A DNA stretch of 64,000 nucleotides from the human T2T-CHM13v2.0 reference genome, Homo sapiens (GCF_009914755.1 NC_060925.1), one strand, 5' to 3'. Positions 34,911 through 49,494 are shown, numbered from the stretch's first letter. A program made the numbers and translations. The notes: generated by a model from the sequence alone, not told the origin.

Positions 34911-35546
34911 AGTGCTGCCTGTCATCTACATTTGGGAATTTGGAATTTAAAAGTCTGGTGCTAAAAAAAGACAAAACAAGACAGGCACACACACAAAATA
35001 AAACATTAATCTGTTAACAGGTTTTTGTGTCAAGATTTGTGATAAGATTTCACATTTGATAGTCATAGAATTTTAGAACTGAAAGTAATCTTAGAGATAG
35101 CTTAGTAAATACAAAGCTGTTAGTAATTTATAAATTAGCATAACTTACAATGCTGTGTGGTTTAGTGGTGTTCAGTAATGTGAAGGTTATTTTTCCTGTG
35201 GTATTAGACTACTGTACTTTTTGTTTCCAAGATAGGAGTATAAAGGGGTTGGGAAGTATTTTAGAGGGAAAAGTGTACCAAGGTGATTTTATGTGGCTTC
35301 CCTTAGCCTTGACACCAGCTGGAGGAGTCAGGATCTAGGAGATTTGCCAGGTTTGAGGTGAGACTGAAATTAAGGAGTGAAATAGAAACTTGAGTCTGGA
35401 AACAAACTAAATTACAAATACGGTTTTTTTAAAAAGTTGAAATAAGTTTTAGACTGCGGATCTTTTGGCAGAAGCAACACAGTGGAAATTTGCTCTTTGT
35501 AAGTAGATTATGGTATATTTTACTGATATGTGCCCTTATTTTACAG

Positions 35547-35673
35547 TGAAAAAGGCAAAACTGTTCCTGGATATGACTTTTTGGTGAATTCTGTTTGGCC
35601 ACAAATAGTACAAGGATTAGAAGAAAAGTTACCCTCGCTTTTTAATCCTGGGAATCCCGATGCATTTCATGAG
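35547..35673 (+). CDS. COG2: COG2 exon 9 (EKGKTVPGYDFLVNSVWPQ...PGNPDAFHE)
   Basis: ttacag|T ... GAG|gtatct; 127 nt. Confidence 0.95.
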
Positions 35674-36164
35674 GTATCTCCCCGCCCGTCGTCTTGATTC
35701 TTGAAGATGTTAACCGGAGACTGGAGAAATATCATGTTCTCTTCTACTTAGTCTTGGTTCTGTGGTTTATTAAAAATAAAAATTTGAGTTGCTAAGTGAA
35801 CATTTAACCTTAAAACACACACATCGTTTTATCCAAGATATGATGTATGATACTTTTAGGAATAAGAACATTTTCATTTTATAATATAAAGTATAATTAA
35901 GGCTAGATACAAGTGTGAGTAGAAATGTACATTATTTTCTAACTTTCTTAAAAACATCCTGAGGACCATTAAAAGCCAGTGTTTTTGCAGTTTTCTGTGA
36001 AAAATTAAGTTTGTACATCTCTGCCATATAATTTTGAATGAAAACAGAAAGTATTCACTGAATGTTTTCCAGCAGCAAGTACAAAGGAATTGGTTGGATT
36101 TTAAAATATACTACATAAATGTCCTTTATGATTTAAAAAGTTAGAAAGCCCCAATATTTATTTG

Positions 36165-36497
36165 TTTTTTTAATTTATATTTTATTTTATTATTACTATT
36201 ACTATTTTTGAAACAGGGTCTTACTGTGTTGCCCAGGGTGGAGTGCAGTGGCACAATTATAGCTCACTGCAGTCTTCGACTCCTGGACTCAAGCGATCCT
36301 ATGCCTCAGGCTGCTTCCTGAGTAGCTGGGATTTCAGGCGCACACCACCATGCCTGGTCAATTTTTCTTTTCTTTTTCTTTTTCTGTGGAGATGGGTCTC
36401 ACTATGTTGCCTAGGCTAGTGTTGAACTCCTAGCCTCATGCACTCCTTCCCCCTCAACCTTCCAAAGTGCTAGGATTTCAGCCCCCATGTCCAGCCC
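36165..36497 (-). mobile_element. AluJ (antisense)
   Basis: Reverse Alu dimer with TA-rich tail. Confidence 0.88.
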
Positions 36498-38854
36498 TAT
36501 TCCACCCCTGCTTCCCCCGCCCTCTTAAAAAAGAAATCATTATTTAAAAGATTTCATGGTTAGGATTTCAAAAATCAATGTGTAAGTTTGCTTTCCATTC
36601 TATCATTTTAAAGGCTCAGCCTCTTGGCACTTTTCTTCCTTCTTCTTCCCTGGATTTCAGTTTTTGGTTTCTTATGCAGTGAGATAATCTTTGTCTTTTA
36701 ATTAGGTACTTTATTAAATTTACAGTGATTCTAACTGTCAATGCATTTGACTCTTATTTTATACTTTCTCTTTGTTCCAGTTTTCTTCCCTTATTTCCTT
36801 CCTCCCATCTTTTCTTCCTCCCTTCTTTTTTCACCTTCTTTGTATTTTAGACTTCTGGGGATCTGTTTTCCATCTTTATTCCATTTTGTCCCCTCTACTA
36901 ATTTGGAAGTTGTGCCCTTTATTTCTGTACATATTGAGTAACCTTACTGGTTACTTAACGGAATCTAAAGTTGATTTATGTTCTCGAGCCTTCTCCTGGA
37001 CAATACGCGGAACTTAGAACACATTAACACCAACCATCCCTTCTCATAGTATATATTTTTGTTTCCTCGCTCGTACTTCTATTACGTTTTTTTTAAAATC
37101 TTAAAAACTGGTCATTTTTATTGTTTTAAATCGTCATCGTCCTCTGGGAATTACCCTACATGTTTGTCATTGCTTACTGTTCATTTTTGAATGTCAGCTC
37201 ATCCTTCTTGAATCATTCTTCTGAAATTCATGTTAGAAGACTTTTTAGTCTTCTAACTGTTGATGATAATTTATTTTTTTAATAATTTCTCAGTTTGTGT
37301 TTGTCTGAAAATAACTGTATTGCTTCTGTTTGTAAGGTCAGTTTGCTGGATGTATTAACAGAATTCTCAGCACTTTGAGTGTTGTCTTTTGAGTTGCATT
37401 ATTAAGTTAGCCGTTAATTTAATTGTTATTTCTTTGTAGTTAATGCCTTTTTTCTCTGGCTGCTTTTAAGATCTTCTGTGTGACTTTGGTGTGCTAAGTA
37501 AGTTCTGCTATGATATGTCCAGTAGAACTTCTTTTTTTATTATTATCCTTAGGATTTGATAGGTTTTCTGAATCTGAGAATTGGTATCTTTCATCCATTC
37601 TGGAACATTTTTATATATTATTTCTTCAATTGTGCTTTTCTTTCATTCCTCTATCATCTCCATCTAGATCTCTTGTTTAGACAGGCTCACCCTATCCTCT
37701 GTATTTGCTGCATTCTCGATAATTTCACAGTCTGTCTTCTAGGTCACTAATTCCTTCTTTAGTTGTGTCTAAACTCTTTTCCACCTGCACATTGAGTTTC
37801 TGGTTAATTATCATATTTTTTTATTTCTAGAAGTCATATTTGTTGTTTGTCTAGCCTCCCTGGCGAATTTGTTTATTAATTTTTTAAGTGTAGAGAGGCA
37901 CAAGATAAGCATAAACAGACAGCCTGGGGCCCAGCAGGTTTCCCACAGATAAGACAACACATTGGGAGGTTTACCATTCCAGAAATGCAACTTACCTTAT
38001 CTGTTGGCTGATTGTCCCATGTTACAGTGCATTGAATAACAGGATTGTGCCATTTTCAATAAATTTTATAGCAACATTTGTAATTTTAAAAAGTAGGGCT
38101 TTTTAAATAAGATAGCATAAGGAGAGTGAAATAATGGCTTTAAGCAGAAGCAATTGTAAGCTTTAAGCACTAGCAAATGTGAAGATGCTTTACAATTTGC
38201 TGTGTGCTTTAGAGACTCGTATTGACCATGTTTGACTCAGGAAATGTTTCAGCTCAGAAATGAACCTTTCTGATAGAACTTGACTTTAGAATTTTAGGCT
38301 AATACTTAACATTTGTGAGTATAGTTTCCAGCAGATAGTATCCATTTATTTCCAGAAATACTTTCAGCTTTAAGCCTTAATGTAATGTGTTTCTTGTAAG
38401 AGGGCAATATCTTTATATTTGTTTTAGCATCCATTATATGCAGAGGTATAGTTTTGTCCCAAAAGGGAAGAATAATCCCTATTTTTGTCTCAACTCCACA
38501 CACCTAGACCACCCTCTGGGATAACATAAGTTTGCCCAAAACCATTTGAAATAAATTTAAAGCCTGTAGTTTTTACTACTGTAAGATCCTTTCTAAGCAC
38601 AGACTTTAGCATATTTAGATTAATGGTTTGATGACCCTGGATTGAGCCCCTTTTAATTGAGAAGAACATAAAAAATTCAACAGTGTTCTTAGAGCCTGGG
38701 GGCTTCGGGAATAAAGTACCCACAAAAGCAACATGCAGCCGCAGTTTTGGTCAACTGACTGACTAGCATTCTGCTTCCTCTACCGCCTGGCTTGTCTTTT
38801 GAGCAGGTTCTCTGTGAGCCTCAACAGAAGAAGAAGCATCATTTGTAAAATGGG

Positions 38855-38876
38855 GATGATGATGATGATGATGATG
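38855..38876. repeat. (GAT)7 inside a MIR
   Basis: GATGATGATGATGATGATGATG after TGTAAAATGGG. Confidence 0.85.
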
Positions 38877-39461
38877 GTAGTTGCCTTGTGGGGTCGTTTT
38901 GTGGGTTAAATTAAATAAGACAATTCTAATCACAGTGTGTCGATGATAAATGCTACGAGTTAGCTGCCACTCTTAATGGTTTTGGTACATCTCCCTGTCA
39001 GTTTTCATGCTATCTTATTTATAAAAATGAAGTGAATACTCACATGGTTTGATTCTTTCTCTTCTCTCTCTTTCTTCTTCAGAATTTTCTCCTTCTTTCT
39101 CCTTTGTGAGGCAATGACGAACTATGTCATTTAATCTGCTGTCAATTCTAATTCCAGTGGGCTGGGGTAGGGGGCCCTAGAACATGAGCACTGCCATTTA
39201 AAGAGCACCAGACTTAGAGTGCCTGGGTCTCAGATGGGCTTTGCCATGGAAGACACGGAAGACATATCACAGAACCACTTTGGGCATTTATGTATCTTTA
39301 AATGGGGACATTGGAAGAAAGATCTTGTAAGTTCCTTGTTAACTCTAGAAACTGTGATTCTTACGTGTTGAGCTTCTTTATCTTGATTACAGTTTTCAGT
39401 ACATGCTCCCTGTTCTAGTTAGTGTTCTAATAATGAAAATTTTCCTTTTGTTTTATTTTAG

Positions 39462-39601
39462 AAATATACCATAAGTATGGATTTTGTCAGAAGATTGGAA
39501 CGGCAGTGTGGATCACAGGCTAGTGTAAAGAGATTAAGAGCCCATCCTGCCTATCACAGCTTCAATAAGAAGTGGAACTTGCCTGTTTATTTTCAAATAA
39601 G
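39462..39601 (+). CDS. COG2: COG2 exon 10 (KYTISMDFVRRLERQC...KWNLPVYFQI)
   Basis: ttttag|AAA ... AG|gttggt; 140 nt; contains the conserved WNLPVYFQ motif. Confidence 0.95.
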
Positions 39602-42600
39602 GTTGGTCATCTATTCACCGCCCCCGCCCCGCACCCTTCTAAAACAGAATTGGAATGCCAGTTAAGGATGTTGCCTCAGTTAGCGGCTCCTTTTCTCTGA
39701 TCATCATAATAAGCTTTGGGAGACAAAATTGAAAGTGGAGAAAGAGATATAAGAAGTATTATGGTTGCCAAAGTCTGGCTTGCATGACAAAAAGATAAGT
39801 TTTCTTTTTTGGTAATTGGAGAGCTCAGAACACAAGAGTTGGAAGGAGCTGACTCCAAGCCCAGCCTCATTCCCACCCACCATGTCCTCATTCATTGTGA
39901 AAAGAGAAAGTAGGAGTTATACAGCAGCTCTTTTTTTCCATTTTCCCTATTTCATCGTCTGCCTCAAATAATGAACCTGTCTCACATCTGTTTTTGCTCG
40001 TCTGAGATACTTTTCCCCTAGAGGGAATGGGGAGAAGCAGAGCTTTAAGTGTTCTTTGCAGCTGGTTCCATCTATTAGTTTATGAGAAGCCTGGTCATTA
40101 TTTCAGCCTCCCTGATCGTCTTTGTGACATTTGTACCCTCTATTCAGGAAAATGGTGACATTTTTCTTCCAGGTTTCATGATGATATCACCTTTGTCAAT
40201 AAGCCATTCTATAAAATACTTGGGGGAAATTTAGGATGAACCCTTATCATACACTGCATTGGAAAAACATGATAAGAGTCATTTTTGCAGATTCTCTTGA
40301 ATGAGGTCATGGTATGTTCTTCCGTAGAATGGATTTTACTTGAAATGCTCTTTGAAGAATCATAGGCTTTTTTATTTAAATTGCTGGATGCTTTCATTAA
40401 TTATGATGCAGTCCTTTCCCCTAGCGTTCTGAGGAATAATTACAGAGAGGGAAATCAAGAATTAGGTACCCTGATGATAATTGCTTGAGATGATTGAGAA
40501 TGTATGTAATGATCTTTTTATAATGAAATCACAGTTCTCAGAATGAAGTAGTAAGGTGCCCTTTCACTTACAATACTGTGTTTTATGCTAAATTTTCCAA
40601 GGTTGCATCATCATGTAGTTGGTCTCTCAGCAGGAAATTACGGATTTGTTCATCTAAGATATTAATGGGATGCACTGGAAATAGTTGGTATATGATAATC
40701 AACATCAAGCCAGGGCAAGAAACCTTTTTGATTTGTGAGCAGGATTTAAAATAGCAAAGCATCATTTTATAAAATGATACTGCTATGTAGAAATAATGTT
40801 TACATTTCCCCATCTCTTTTTGTCGTCCAGGTTTGGAGTTAGATTGCTTTAGTTATCTAATGCTGTCACCTCACAAACATACTCCTCTGCTTCCTGCCTC
40901 CAAACTTTCCTGGTCCTTTTCCTCAGACCCTGGGACCCATGCAGCATCACCTCACTCTTCCATCCCACCCCTGCACCTCCTGGAGCTCCCATGGGCTATT
41001 TCAGCCCATGCTCTTGGCTCTGCCAGGCTGGGCCCCTTGGTGATGGCCCAGCTTGGCTTCAGCTGCATCTCCCTTCCATTTCAGTTTCTCTCAAAGCTGG
41101 TAATTGGACCTTAAACTACATTGAAACTCAGCCAGTTCCCTGAAAGTCTTTTTTACCTTCACCAGATTTCAGCCTTAAGCCTTCAAAGGAGCTGATTAGC
41201 CTTTTTTAAAAAACCTCTTTTATTTAAAATTCATGAAATTTTAAAAAAACACGTTTGAGTTATGGAAGTGTAGAACTTGTCTTTAGTACATTTGTTTTTC
41301 CATCTAAAAAGTAAATTCCATTAAGACTTTGTAGAACTTTTCTATTGATTTTTATCAGGTGTTGAGTTGTTTGCTCTGAAGGATGACAAAAAGTTCCGCA
41401 AACATGATTAGGGTCAGAGTTGCATTGTCATCAGATTCATTTCAAGGTCATTTGAAGTAAACCTAAAGACAGTGGGGTGTGATGGTTGGACATTTCCTAA
41501 GAAGAAATATTACTCTCAGTAATAGTTTTCTGCTCCTGGATCTGACTATATACCCACATCCCAATCACCTTCAGGAAAAAGGCCACCTCCCCACCCCAGC
41601 CACCACCACAATTCTTGTGAACACATTTTGTATCCTCTCACTCTTCCTGAGACCCCACTGTGTCTACATTTCATTTGCACCTACAGGCATATTGGAAAGT
41701 AGATGAGGACTTAGTATCTCATAGGAAGAAATTAAATGCAGATGTGATCAAAACAGCCCCAAATTATAATGAGTCAGTGGCTGCCTGGAAACTGCAGGTG
41801 TTAGCTCTTTAAATGCTAAAGCCTAAATTTCAGTTTGCTGTTCTTTTTAAAATTGAAATCTTTATAGTACATTCACATGTATATACTGTATTACATAGTA
41901 TATGCTGAACACAGTCTTATGATGTGGAATCTACATAGTAGTATTAAGGTGCAAGTAGCCCTTTCCTGTTCCTGCACTCCTCTCAGACATGTGTATCCAC
42001 AAGAGACGGGTGCACTTAATGATGTTTCCAATACTTCAGAGAAAAAAAACAATAGGCATCACTATTATTATCGCCATTGTTATTTTTATTTAAGTATTAT
42101 TGTAGACCTGTGATGTTCGTGGAGGAATATGTCTAGAGACCTTCCCCAGGCCTATATTTAAGAATTTAGAAATGTTTGTATTTGGGGTTGCCCTTCTTAC
42201 ATGGATCCTGTTGAGAGTAGAATGACATTCGATGTGGACATGAAAACCACAGCATGGCTTTTCAGATTTCAGCAGAGGTTCCCTCTCACTTTTGGCCATT
42301 TTCCAAGAAGAAATATGATCTGTTGCTTCATTCCTGGAAGTGACTGCACAGCAGAGCTGTGTGAGGGGCTGGTCCCCTGGCTGGGGAGCACACCTAGGCC
42401 AAGTGACTCAGGCAGTTGTAATCATGTATCACTGTCCCTGCTCACAGACAGGCAGAACGTCTCTGTGAAGTGCAGGGATCAAGGCTCTGCTGCATTTCTT
42501 TGGTCCTTTTTCATTTCTATGCTTTTCAGAATTATCATAAATATACATAAAACTTTGTGTCCCATGTCTTTGCATAGTACTAAATTATACCTATTTTTCC

Positions 42601-44119
42601 TTATTGGAAAATAGCATCAAGCTTCCACATTAATACTGCATACTAGTCCATTGAATATATCGCAGGTTCCATAAGCATATTCCTTCTTTTGGCCATTTAG
42701 GTTGCTTCCAGTTTTTCCCTGATATAAACAGTGCTGTGCCAGCTATCAGGCCTTTTCTGTATCAGGGCTAACTTCCTATATTTTGTTTAGATTTTGAAAA
42801 AAGGCAGGACTTGGGGGTCTGAGATTGAGCTCTAGGTGCTGGTTTGCTCTCCCAGGTGCAGAGCAATCCCATCTCCCTTGTTCCCGTGCTCAGTGTCACT
42901 GCCTCCTCTTACTGCTGTTCCTGGGCTAGTTTCCAGTGCTCTCTTATCCCACTTTTCCATCTGTCACTTGTTCCTTCTGTACCTCTCAACTGCAGCTTGA
43001 AAAGACTAGCCTTTTGTAAGCTTCACTGGGCAATTAGAGTTCCTTTCCTTCCATGGGGCAGACGGGACAGCTACTGGAAACCAGCCAGCTACAATGGTAC
43101 AGGATAGCCTTAGTGTCTTCAGTGCTCAGCTGTGTTGGGTAGGGCTGCTGCTTTTTGTCTCAAGCTGTTCTTTTTACTCTTCAGACAGTTGCCTTTAGCT
43201 CAGTCTGTGAACCGCTTTGTAAAAGCACATTATGTACTATAAAAAATAATTTAATATCAGTTGGATAAATTGATATTGAGCATGCATCAGAATTCATTAC
43301 TAGTAAGGCAATTAGCAGGTGACAAAAGAGCATGCTAGTAAAGAGATATATGAAATTGCAAGAGTTATATAGTTAGAAAACAATGCCTGCAAAAGCAGCT
43401 AGCTTAAAAAAACTATATAACACATTTGCCTTTCACAAAGTCATAAAAACATGTCCATATCCATTATTAGAACAGAAGTCTGTGACAGGATGAGCTGAGG
43501 TGCCAGGTGAGCCAGCTGTCATCAGGGAAAAAAGAACGCACATCTAGGAAGCGCTGGTACAGACAGCCGTAGAACCCGAAGGGCAAGTACCATGGACGTG
43601 GGAGAGGGTCACAGATTAGAAGAGCACCAAGCAGTGAGTTCTAGTTTTAACTGGCCACTTCCTGTGATTTTTCTCAAGCTGCCAACACAGGTACAGAATG
43701 CAGCTTTCTTAGCTTGGGGACGTTTACCTTCCTGTGATGGTGTTAAGATAGATGGGTTGGAGGAACCAAAGTTTTATGGCCTTGAAGTGAATAGAGGATC
43801 ATAATCAGGTGCTGCTCACCAGCAACAACTTCTTGATGGAGACTTAACTGGCAGTTTGTTTAATTTGAGAAACATGGGGTAAGTTATGATTCAGACCAGC
43901 TGCAAATAACAGAGAACCCTTATATAACAGTGGCTTAGTCACGATTTCTTGTTCAGTTAAAAAAAAAAAAAAAAAAAAGCCTGGGAGAATAGGCATTCCG
44001 AGGCTGGACTTACCAGTGAGTGACAGAGGAAGTTCCTGTTACTTAGGAAAAACAGAGAATGGATAGGGAAAGGCATCTGTCAGAGTCATAAACATTAATT
44101 CTTCTTGTTTTTATCTCAG

Positions 44120-44181
44120 ATTTAGAGAAATAGCGGGATCCTTAGAAGCAGCACTTACAGATGTCCTGGAAGATGCCCCAG
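44120..44181 (+). CDS. COG2: COG2 exon 11 (FREIAGSLEAALTDVLEDAP)
   Basis: atctcag|A ... G|gtaact; 62 nt. Confidence 0.94.
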
Positions 44182-44317
44182 GTAACTCCCTTAAAGTGAT
44201 AAGTGGCATGGTATCCTAAATGAGTTCATTCAGTTCACCAAGTCATCTGGATTGCAGTATTCTGAGCGTACTTTTACTGTTTTTTTTTTTTTAATCATAC
44301 AGTAAGTTGGACCTTAA

Positions 44318-44638
<321 letters not shown>

Positions 44639-45631
44639 TGACTTCTTTTTTTAATAAGGTAAAAATAAACCAAATAGTTTTGGTGTATAGAGTTCTTGCT
44701 TTATAGAGATGAAAAATGAATAAGAATATAGGAAACAGACCTCATTTTCATTCCTGAATATAACTTGTCCAGGGGATATGGCCCCTTGGTGTGCTTATGT
44801 GAACAGCTGGTTTTTTTTAGCAAATTGGCTGTGATCTGCCTTCCTCCCAGGCTGAGGACTGGTCTGCATGGTAGAGGGTCAGGTGCTCCTGCGTCTCACT
44901 GAGAATGACTCACAGCTGGAGCATGCATCCTGGGCCTCCTGTGCCCTGGCCGCCCATCCTAGGATGTTGGGCAGGTAACAGTTGTAGGTATGTGGACTTA
45001 CCAGTACATGTTGACATACCCTGACAGCCTCATTAATTTTTGTATCATATATTTATTCCTAGTGACCACTGAAATACTGTGTGCTGATATCTAGGTTCCT
45101 CAACTTAAATTTCCACTCTCTTTTATACAGCTAAGTCTACTGTCATTTTGAATCAATTTTAGCCTCAGAGTTAGTTTTCATCTGTCTTTGCCAAAAATGG
45201 TCATATGTAGTTAACTTCTTCTATAAAAATAAGAAGTATGTTGAGATAGAGGAAGACTCTTGTGAAATAGGACAAATTTGAAACTGAAGTTTAAACCTCT
45301 GCAAGTGATTGCCACTCCAGCCCATGTTTGTCGATTTGGTATGAAGTACCTATTAAACGTTATTTCTGAATGCTATATATATTTGATGTTTATCCAAACA
45401 CCTGGTAGATAGTGTCATGTAAAATTGTGCGTGGCATGAAGGATGTGGTAGGGAACTTGGATTGTGGCCACTCGTCATCCCTGTGCCTCCAACAGCTTTG
45501 CTGACCACATGGTTTTCTTCAGAAGGCCATTTTCTTTACCTTTGAATCGTACATCGGAAGTCTCACATTAGACTATAGCCTAAAATTGCCTGAAATTCCT
45601 TAAATGTGTGTTGTTGTTGTTTTTTCTCTAG

Positions 45632-45783
45632 CTGAAAGTCCGTATTGCCTTTTGGCTTCTCATAGAACTTGGAGCAGCCTTAGGAGGTGTTGGTCAGATG
45701 AGATGTTCTTGCCATTACTGGTGCATCGCCTGTGGAGACTCACTCTGCAGATTTTGGCACGATACTCTGTGTTTGTCAATGAG
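45632..45783 (+). CDS. COG2: COG2 exon 12 (ESPYCLLASHRTW...RYSVFVNE)
   Basis: ctctag|CT ... GAG|gtaagg; 152 nt. Confidence 0.95.
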
Positions 45784-47481
45784 GTAAGGGCTGGCTGTGG
45801 AGCTCATCCATAATCAATACTGATAAAAATTAAAGATATGTTAGGCTAACTCCCTAAGATTTTTGTAAATACCATGAGAGGTTAATTCAGAGGACCACAG
45901 TAGTCTGACTTCCCAAGATTGTCTCCAGCTCTGTGTCTGTGTTTCATTTTTACTCCTGCGAGCATTGCATTTAGGGGTGTCTATTATCACAAACTTATTT
46001 TGTTGAAAAGCACCACTCTGGCAAGTCCATTTTTTTCCTTCTCAAAACCAGAATCTTTGAACTGCCTCCAAATTTAAAAAAAGAAAAAGATGTTCATTTT
46101 AATTTCAAGGTGATTATGAAAATGATTAGAAATAAAAATATATGCATTTTAATACTTAATATTTGGAAGTTTACAAAATGATATTGTCATCAACATAAAA
46201 AGATATTAAAATTCTTTTTTTGAATATCCTTTTCCCTTTTCAAATAATCAAATATATTAAATATCCACATGCTCTGATGACTTATTAATACCCTACAAAA
46301 ACCCAGAAATTCTTGATCCACAAGGGCGTTGGTCCAGTCCTGTGCTGAGCACCAGCCCGGCGGGTCCTTGCTGGGACCTCGGATTGCAGTGCTGCCCTTT
46401 CTCTGGGGACAGCGTGAGTAACAGACACTCAGGTAAACCAGTCATCGCAGTGTGAGGAGTATGCAAAGGAGATGTGTTCTAAAAAATAAAAAAGACAACA
46501 GGGAGAAAACAGCACACTTTGAGTAAAATCTTTGTAATTTGGAGTAGGAAAGGATCCCAGTCATCCTCTTGCAGTGTATTTTAATGGAAAGAGTGTCAGC
46601 TTTGGAGCTAATGTCAAACGTTGGCTCTTTAACTTTTTAATTCTGTGGACCTGGAGAAATTAAGCTGAGTCTTCATCTGGAGAATGGGAAAACAGCTTCT
46701 ATATGTGGCTGTCGTGAGGATTTATTTGGACTAAAGCTCCTGTCAGGTAATGGGAGTCTAGTGAAATCTAGTTTGTGTTTCCCTTTTGCCTTTCCTCCGC
46801 TCAGAAGGGTCTTAGTGGACCACCCTGGGCTGTCAGCTGTTTCTGAAGACCACTGTATGATTCCCCTGACAGAGTGGGGTTAGGACGATTATTCAATTAG
46901 GCTAAGCATGCGTTCTTGCTAGCCAGGAATTCTCCGTTTATCTCTAGTAGATCACTTTGCCCTGAATGTTCATTATCCCATTCTATCCCATTCTTTTCTT
47001 GATGCTAGCTTACTTCTCTTTGATTTTTTTCCCTTATAAACAATGTGACACAAAGAACACTTTGTTTTTTGTATTTGAAGGTTTGGATTTTGATATTTTA
47101 CCCTTGTTAATTATAATTACAAATGTATTATGCTATGTTATTTGCCTAATATAATTGATTTTTTTAAAACCTGTGATGTCCCCAAAATTAATTTTATTGT
47201 GGTTTGGGCACTTTATTTTTCACGTTATTTTTATCACCAGAAATTAGACAAGTTCCAGAAGGTAAATGTACATGGGGCCGTAGTTTGTCCTTGTTTCTCT
47301 CTTAGTGCTTCACTCCTTCCTGTAGATACAATATTGTATACTTTTATTAGTAAGTTTTTACTAAATGCTATGTAGACAGCTAGCATTTAATGGTGAGTTA
47401 TTGACGCGCACATATGTAATATATAAATGCTCATGTATCTTGCTAGTGTGAAAGTAGTTAATCAGTGAAATCCTTTTTCAG

Positions 47482-47679
47482 CTTTCACTCAGGCCCATTT
47501 CTAATGAAAGTCCCAAGGAGATCAAGAAACCTTTGGTAACTGGTAGCAAAGAACCTTCCATCACCCAAGGAAACACTGAAGACCAAGGAAGTGGTCCTTC
47601 GGAAACAAAGCCTGTGGTTTCCATTTCCCGCACTCAGCTCGTGTATGTGGTTGCAGACCTGGACAAGCTTCAGGAGCAG
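47482..47679 (+). CDS. COG2: COG2 exon 13 (LSLRPISNESPKE...DLDKLQEQ)
   Basis: tttcag|CTT ... CAG|gtaagc; 198 nt. Confidence 0.95.
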
Positions 47680-48616
47680 GTAAGCCTGTGTCCCAGAATA
47701 ATTCCAGGTGCTTGGTTTAATGTTTTCACAGAAGGTAGTATGTGTAAAAGGCAAACACCACTGGGCCTTACGGGGCTTAAATTGGGGGACCCGTGGGTAC
47801 CCCAAGAGAGAACCTCTCACTCACCTCCCTTTCTAGGTGTCTCTCCAGCTTCCCCTGACAGGTCATGTCCATATAGGGTTTCTAAGGGTGTGCACTTCTC
47901 CTCCTGTGTGGAGTGCATTCTGTATTGTATTCACCTCCACCCTGCTTCCTTTTCAGTAGTGATGGGACAAGCTTGAGCAGCCATGCTCCCCCACTTTTTT
48001 TTTCCCATTAGCTCACCTTATTCTGGTCAGGCATGATCTTTAGTGGGCTGGATTTTAGTTACTTTACATTAATTTACCCCGATATTTTCTGTTGATGTTT
48101 AATCTTCAGCTATACTTTGAAAGTGCTAAAATATTAAAACTTCTTCCTCTTTTTTCTCTGTATAGATCCGTATGTTTTTGCTTGTAACATCAACTCTGTG
48201 GGGTGAATTTAGTGGTTAAGTCCTCTGATACACAATTCTGCTTTCTCAAGTTTAGATATTTTGTGGTGCTTGAATAAATACTGTTTTGAATTTTAAAATT
48301 TGTATGTTTTCAGTAAGAATATGGTCTTTACTGTGAGCTATTTTCGTATTATGGAGCGCCATAGAGTAGAAAATGTTTTTGCTTATTCTCTGTGCCTGTT
48401 AATAGCCATTAAACCATGTGATTTCTCATGTTGTTGAAATCTTTTTATAGTAAAAGCATTAAAACTGTTTCTTTCCTTTGATGAAAATTACTGAAATTCC
48501 TGATTTTAAGTTCACCATTCATTAGCAAATTCTAGAGTTTGTAGATGCAAATAGAATTGCCTCTTCCTTTGATTTATAAAAAGTAACTGAATATATAAAG
48601 TGCATATTTATTTCAG

Positions 48617-48689
48617 CTTCCAGAACTCTTGGAAATAATCAAGCCAAAACTTGAAATGATTGGCTTTAAGAATTTTTCTTCTATCTCAG
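48617..48689 (+). CDS. COG2: COG2 exon 14 (LPELLEIIKPKLEMIGFKNFSSIS)
   Basis: tttcag|CTT ... G|gtaaaa; 73 nt. Confidence 0.95.
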
Positions 48690-48965
48690 GTAAAAATGAA
48701 TCTTGACTAAGCAAATCTTTGAATAAGAAATGATTTAAAATAAAATCTCAGAGACTGTAGGGTATATTTAACATTTTCTTCTGTAGTTGTAAATCCTTGG
48801 TTGTTTCTCTATTCTGTATTATAACTTACCTAAATAAGATGTTTTATTTAATTCATTTGATCTGATTTATTATAGTACACAATGTAAATGCTGTGACAGT
48901 ATTTCAAATGAAGTTCATGTCTGGGCCTGAGCATGATGATTAAATCCAGTCTTTAATCTCAACAG

Positions 48966-49108
48966 CAGCCCTGGAGGACTCCCAGAGCTCTTTTTCAGCC
49001 TGTGTGCCCTCCTTGAGTAGCAAGATCATCCAGGATTTAAGTGACTCTTGCTTCGGTTTCCTAAAAAGCGCCCTGGAGGTTCCCAGGCTTTACCGAAGAA
49101 CCAATAAG
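48966..49108 (+). CDS. COG2: COG2 exon 15 (ALEDSQSSF...VPRLYRRTNK), NAGNAG acceptor
   Basis: aacag|CAG|CC ... AAG|gtcagc; 143 nt (140 nt with the distal AG). Confidence 0.95.
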
Positions 49109-49494
49109 GTCAGCGCCATTTATGGGAGAGAATTTTGAGGTGGGGAAGTGTGTGTTAGGAAAGCCAAAGAGGAAGGAAGGAAGGAAGCGGCGGATTCCCA
49201 GGGTAGCCTGAGACAGACTGAGCTCATCCCATTCTGAGAATGGTATTGATGAAGAGAGGGAGGTTGGGCAGGGGTGGTCAGGGGCTCTGGGCCACAAACT
49301 GAAATAGTTAGACCTTTCCCATCCTATCCTAAAAGTATTTAAGGATATACTCAGTTTCCTTTTGGTCTTGAGGAAAAGTAGGTTTTTCAGAAGAAAGCAT
49401 TTTAATAACATTTTAAAGTCCTATACGTTTTTGTCTCCATATCAGGTATTCCACACTTTATATCTTGTTCCCTCTTTATTGTTACTGGAAGCAT

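Noticed and set aside
35674-39461. U12-type intron 9 (donor GTATCT)
   Set aside because: The donor is GTATCTCC, not GTATCCTT. There is no TCCTTAAC branch box, and an ordinary polypyrimidine tract precedes exon 10.
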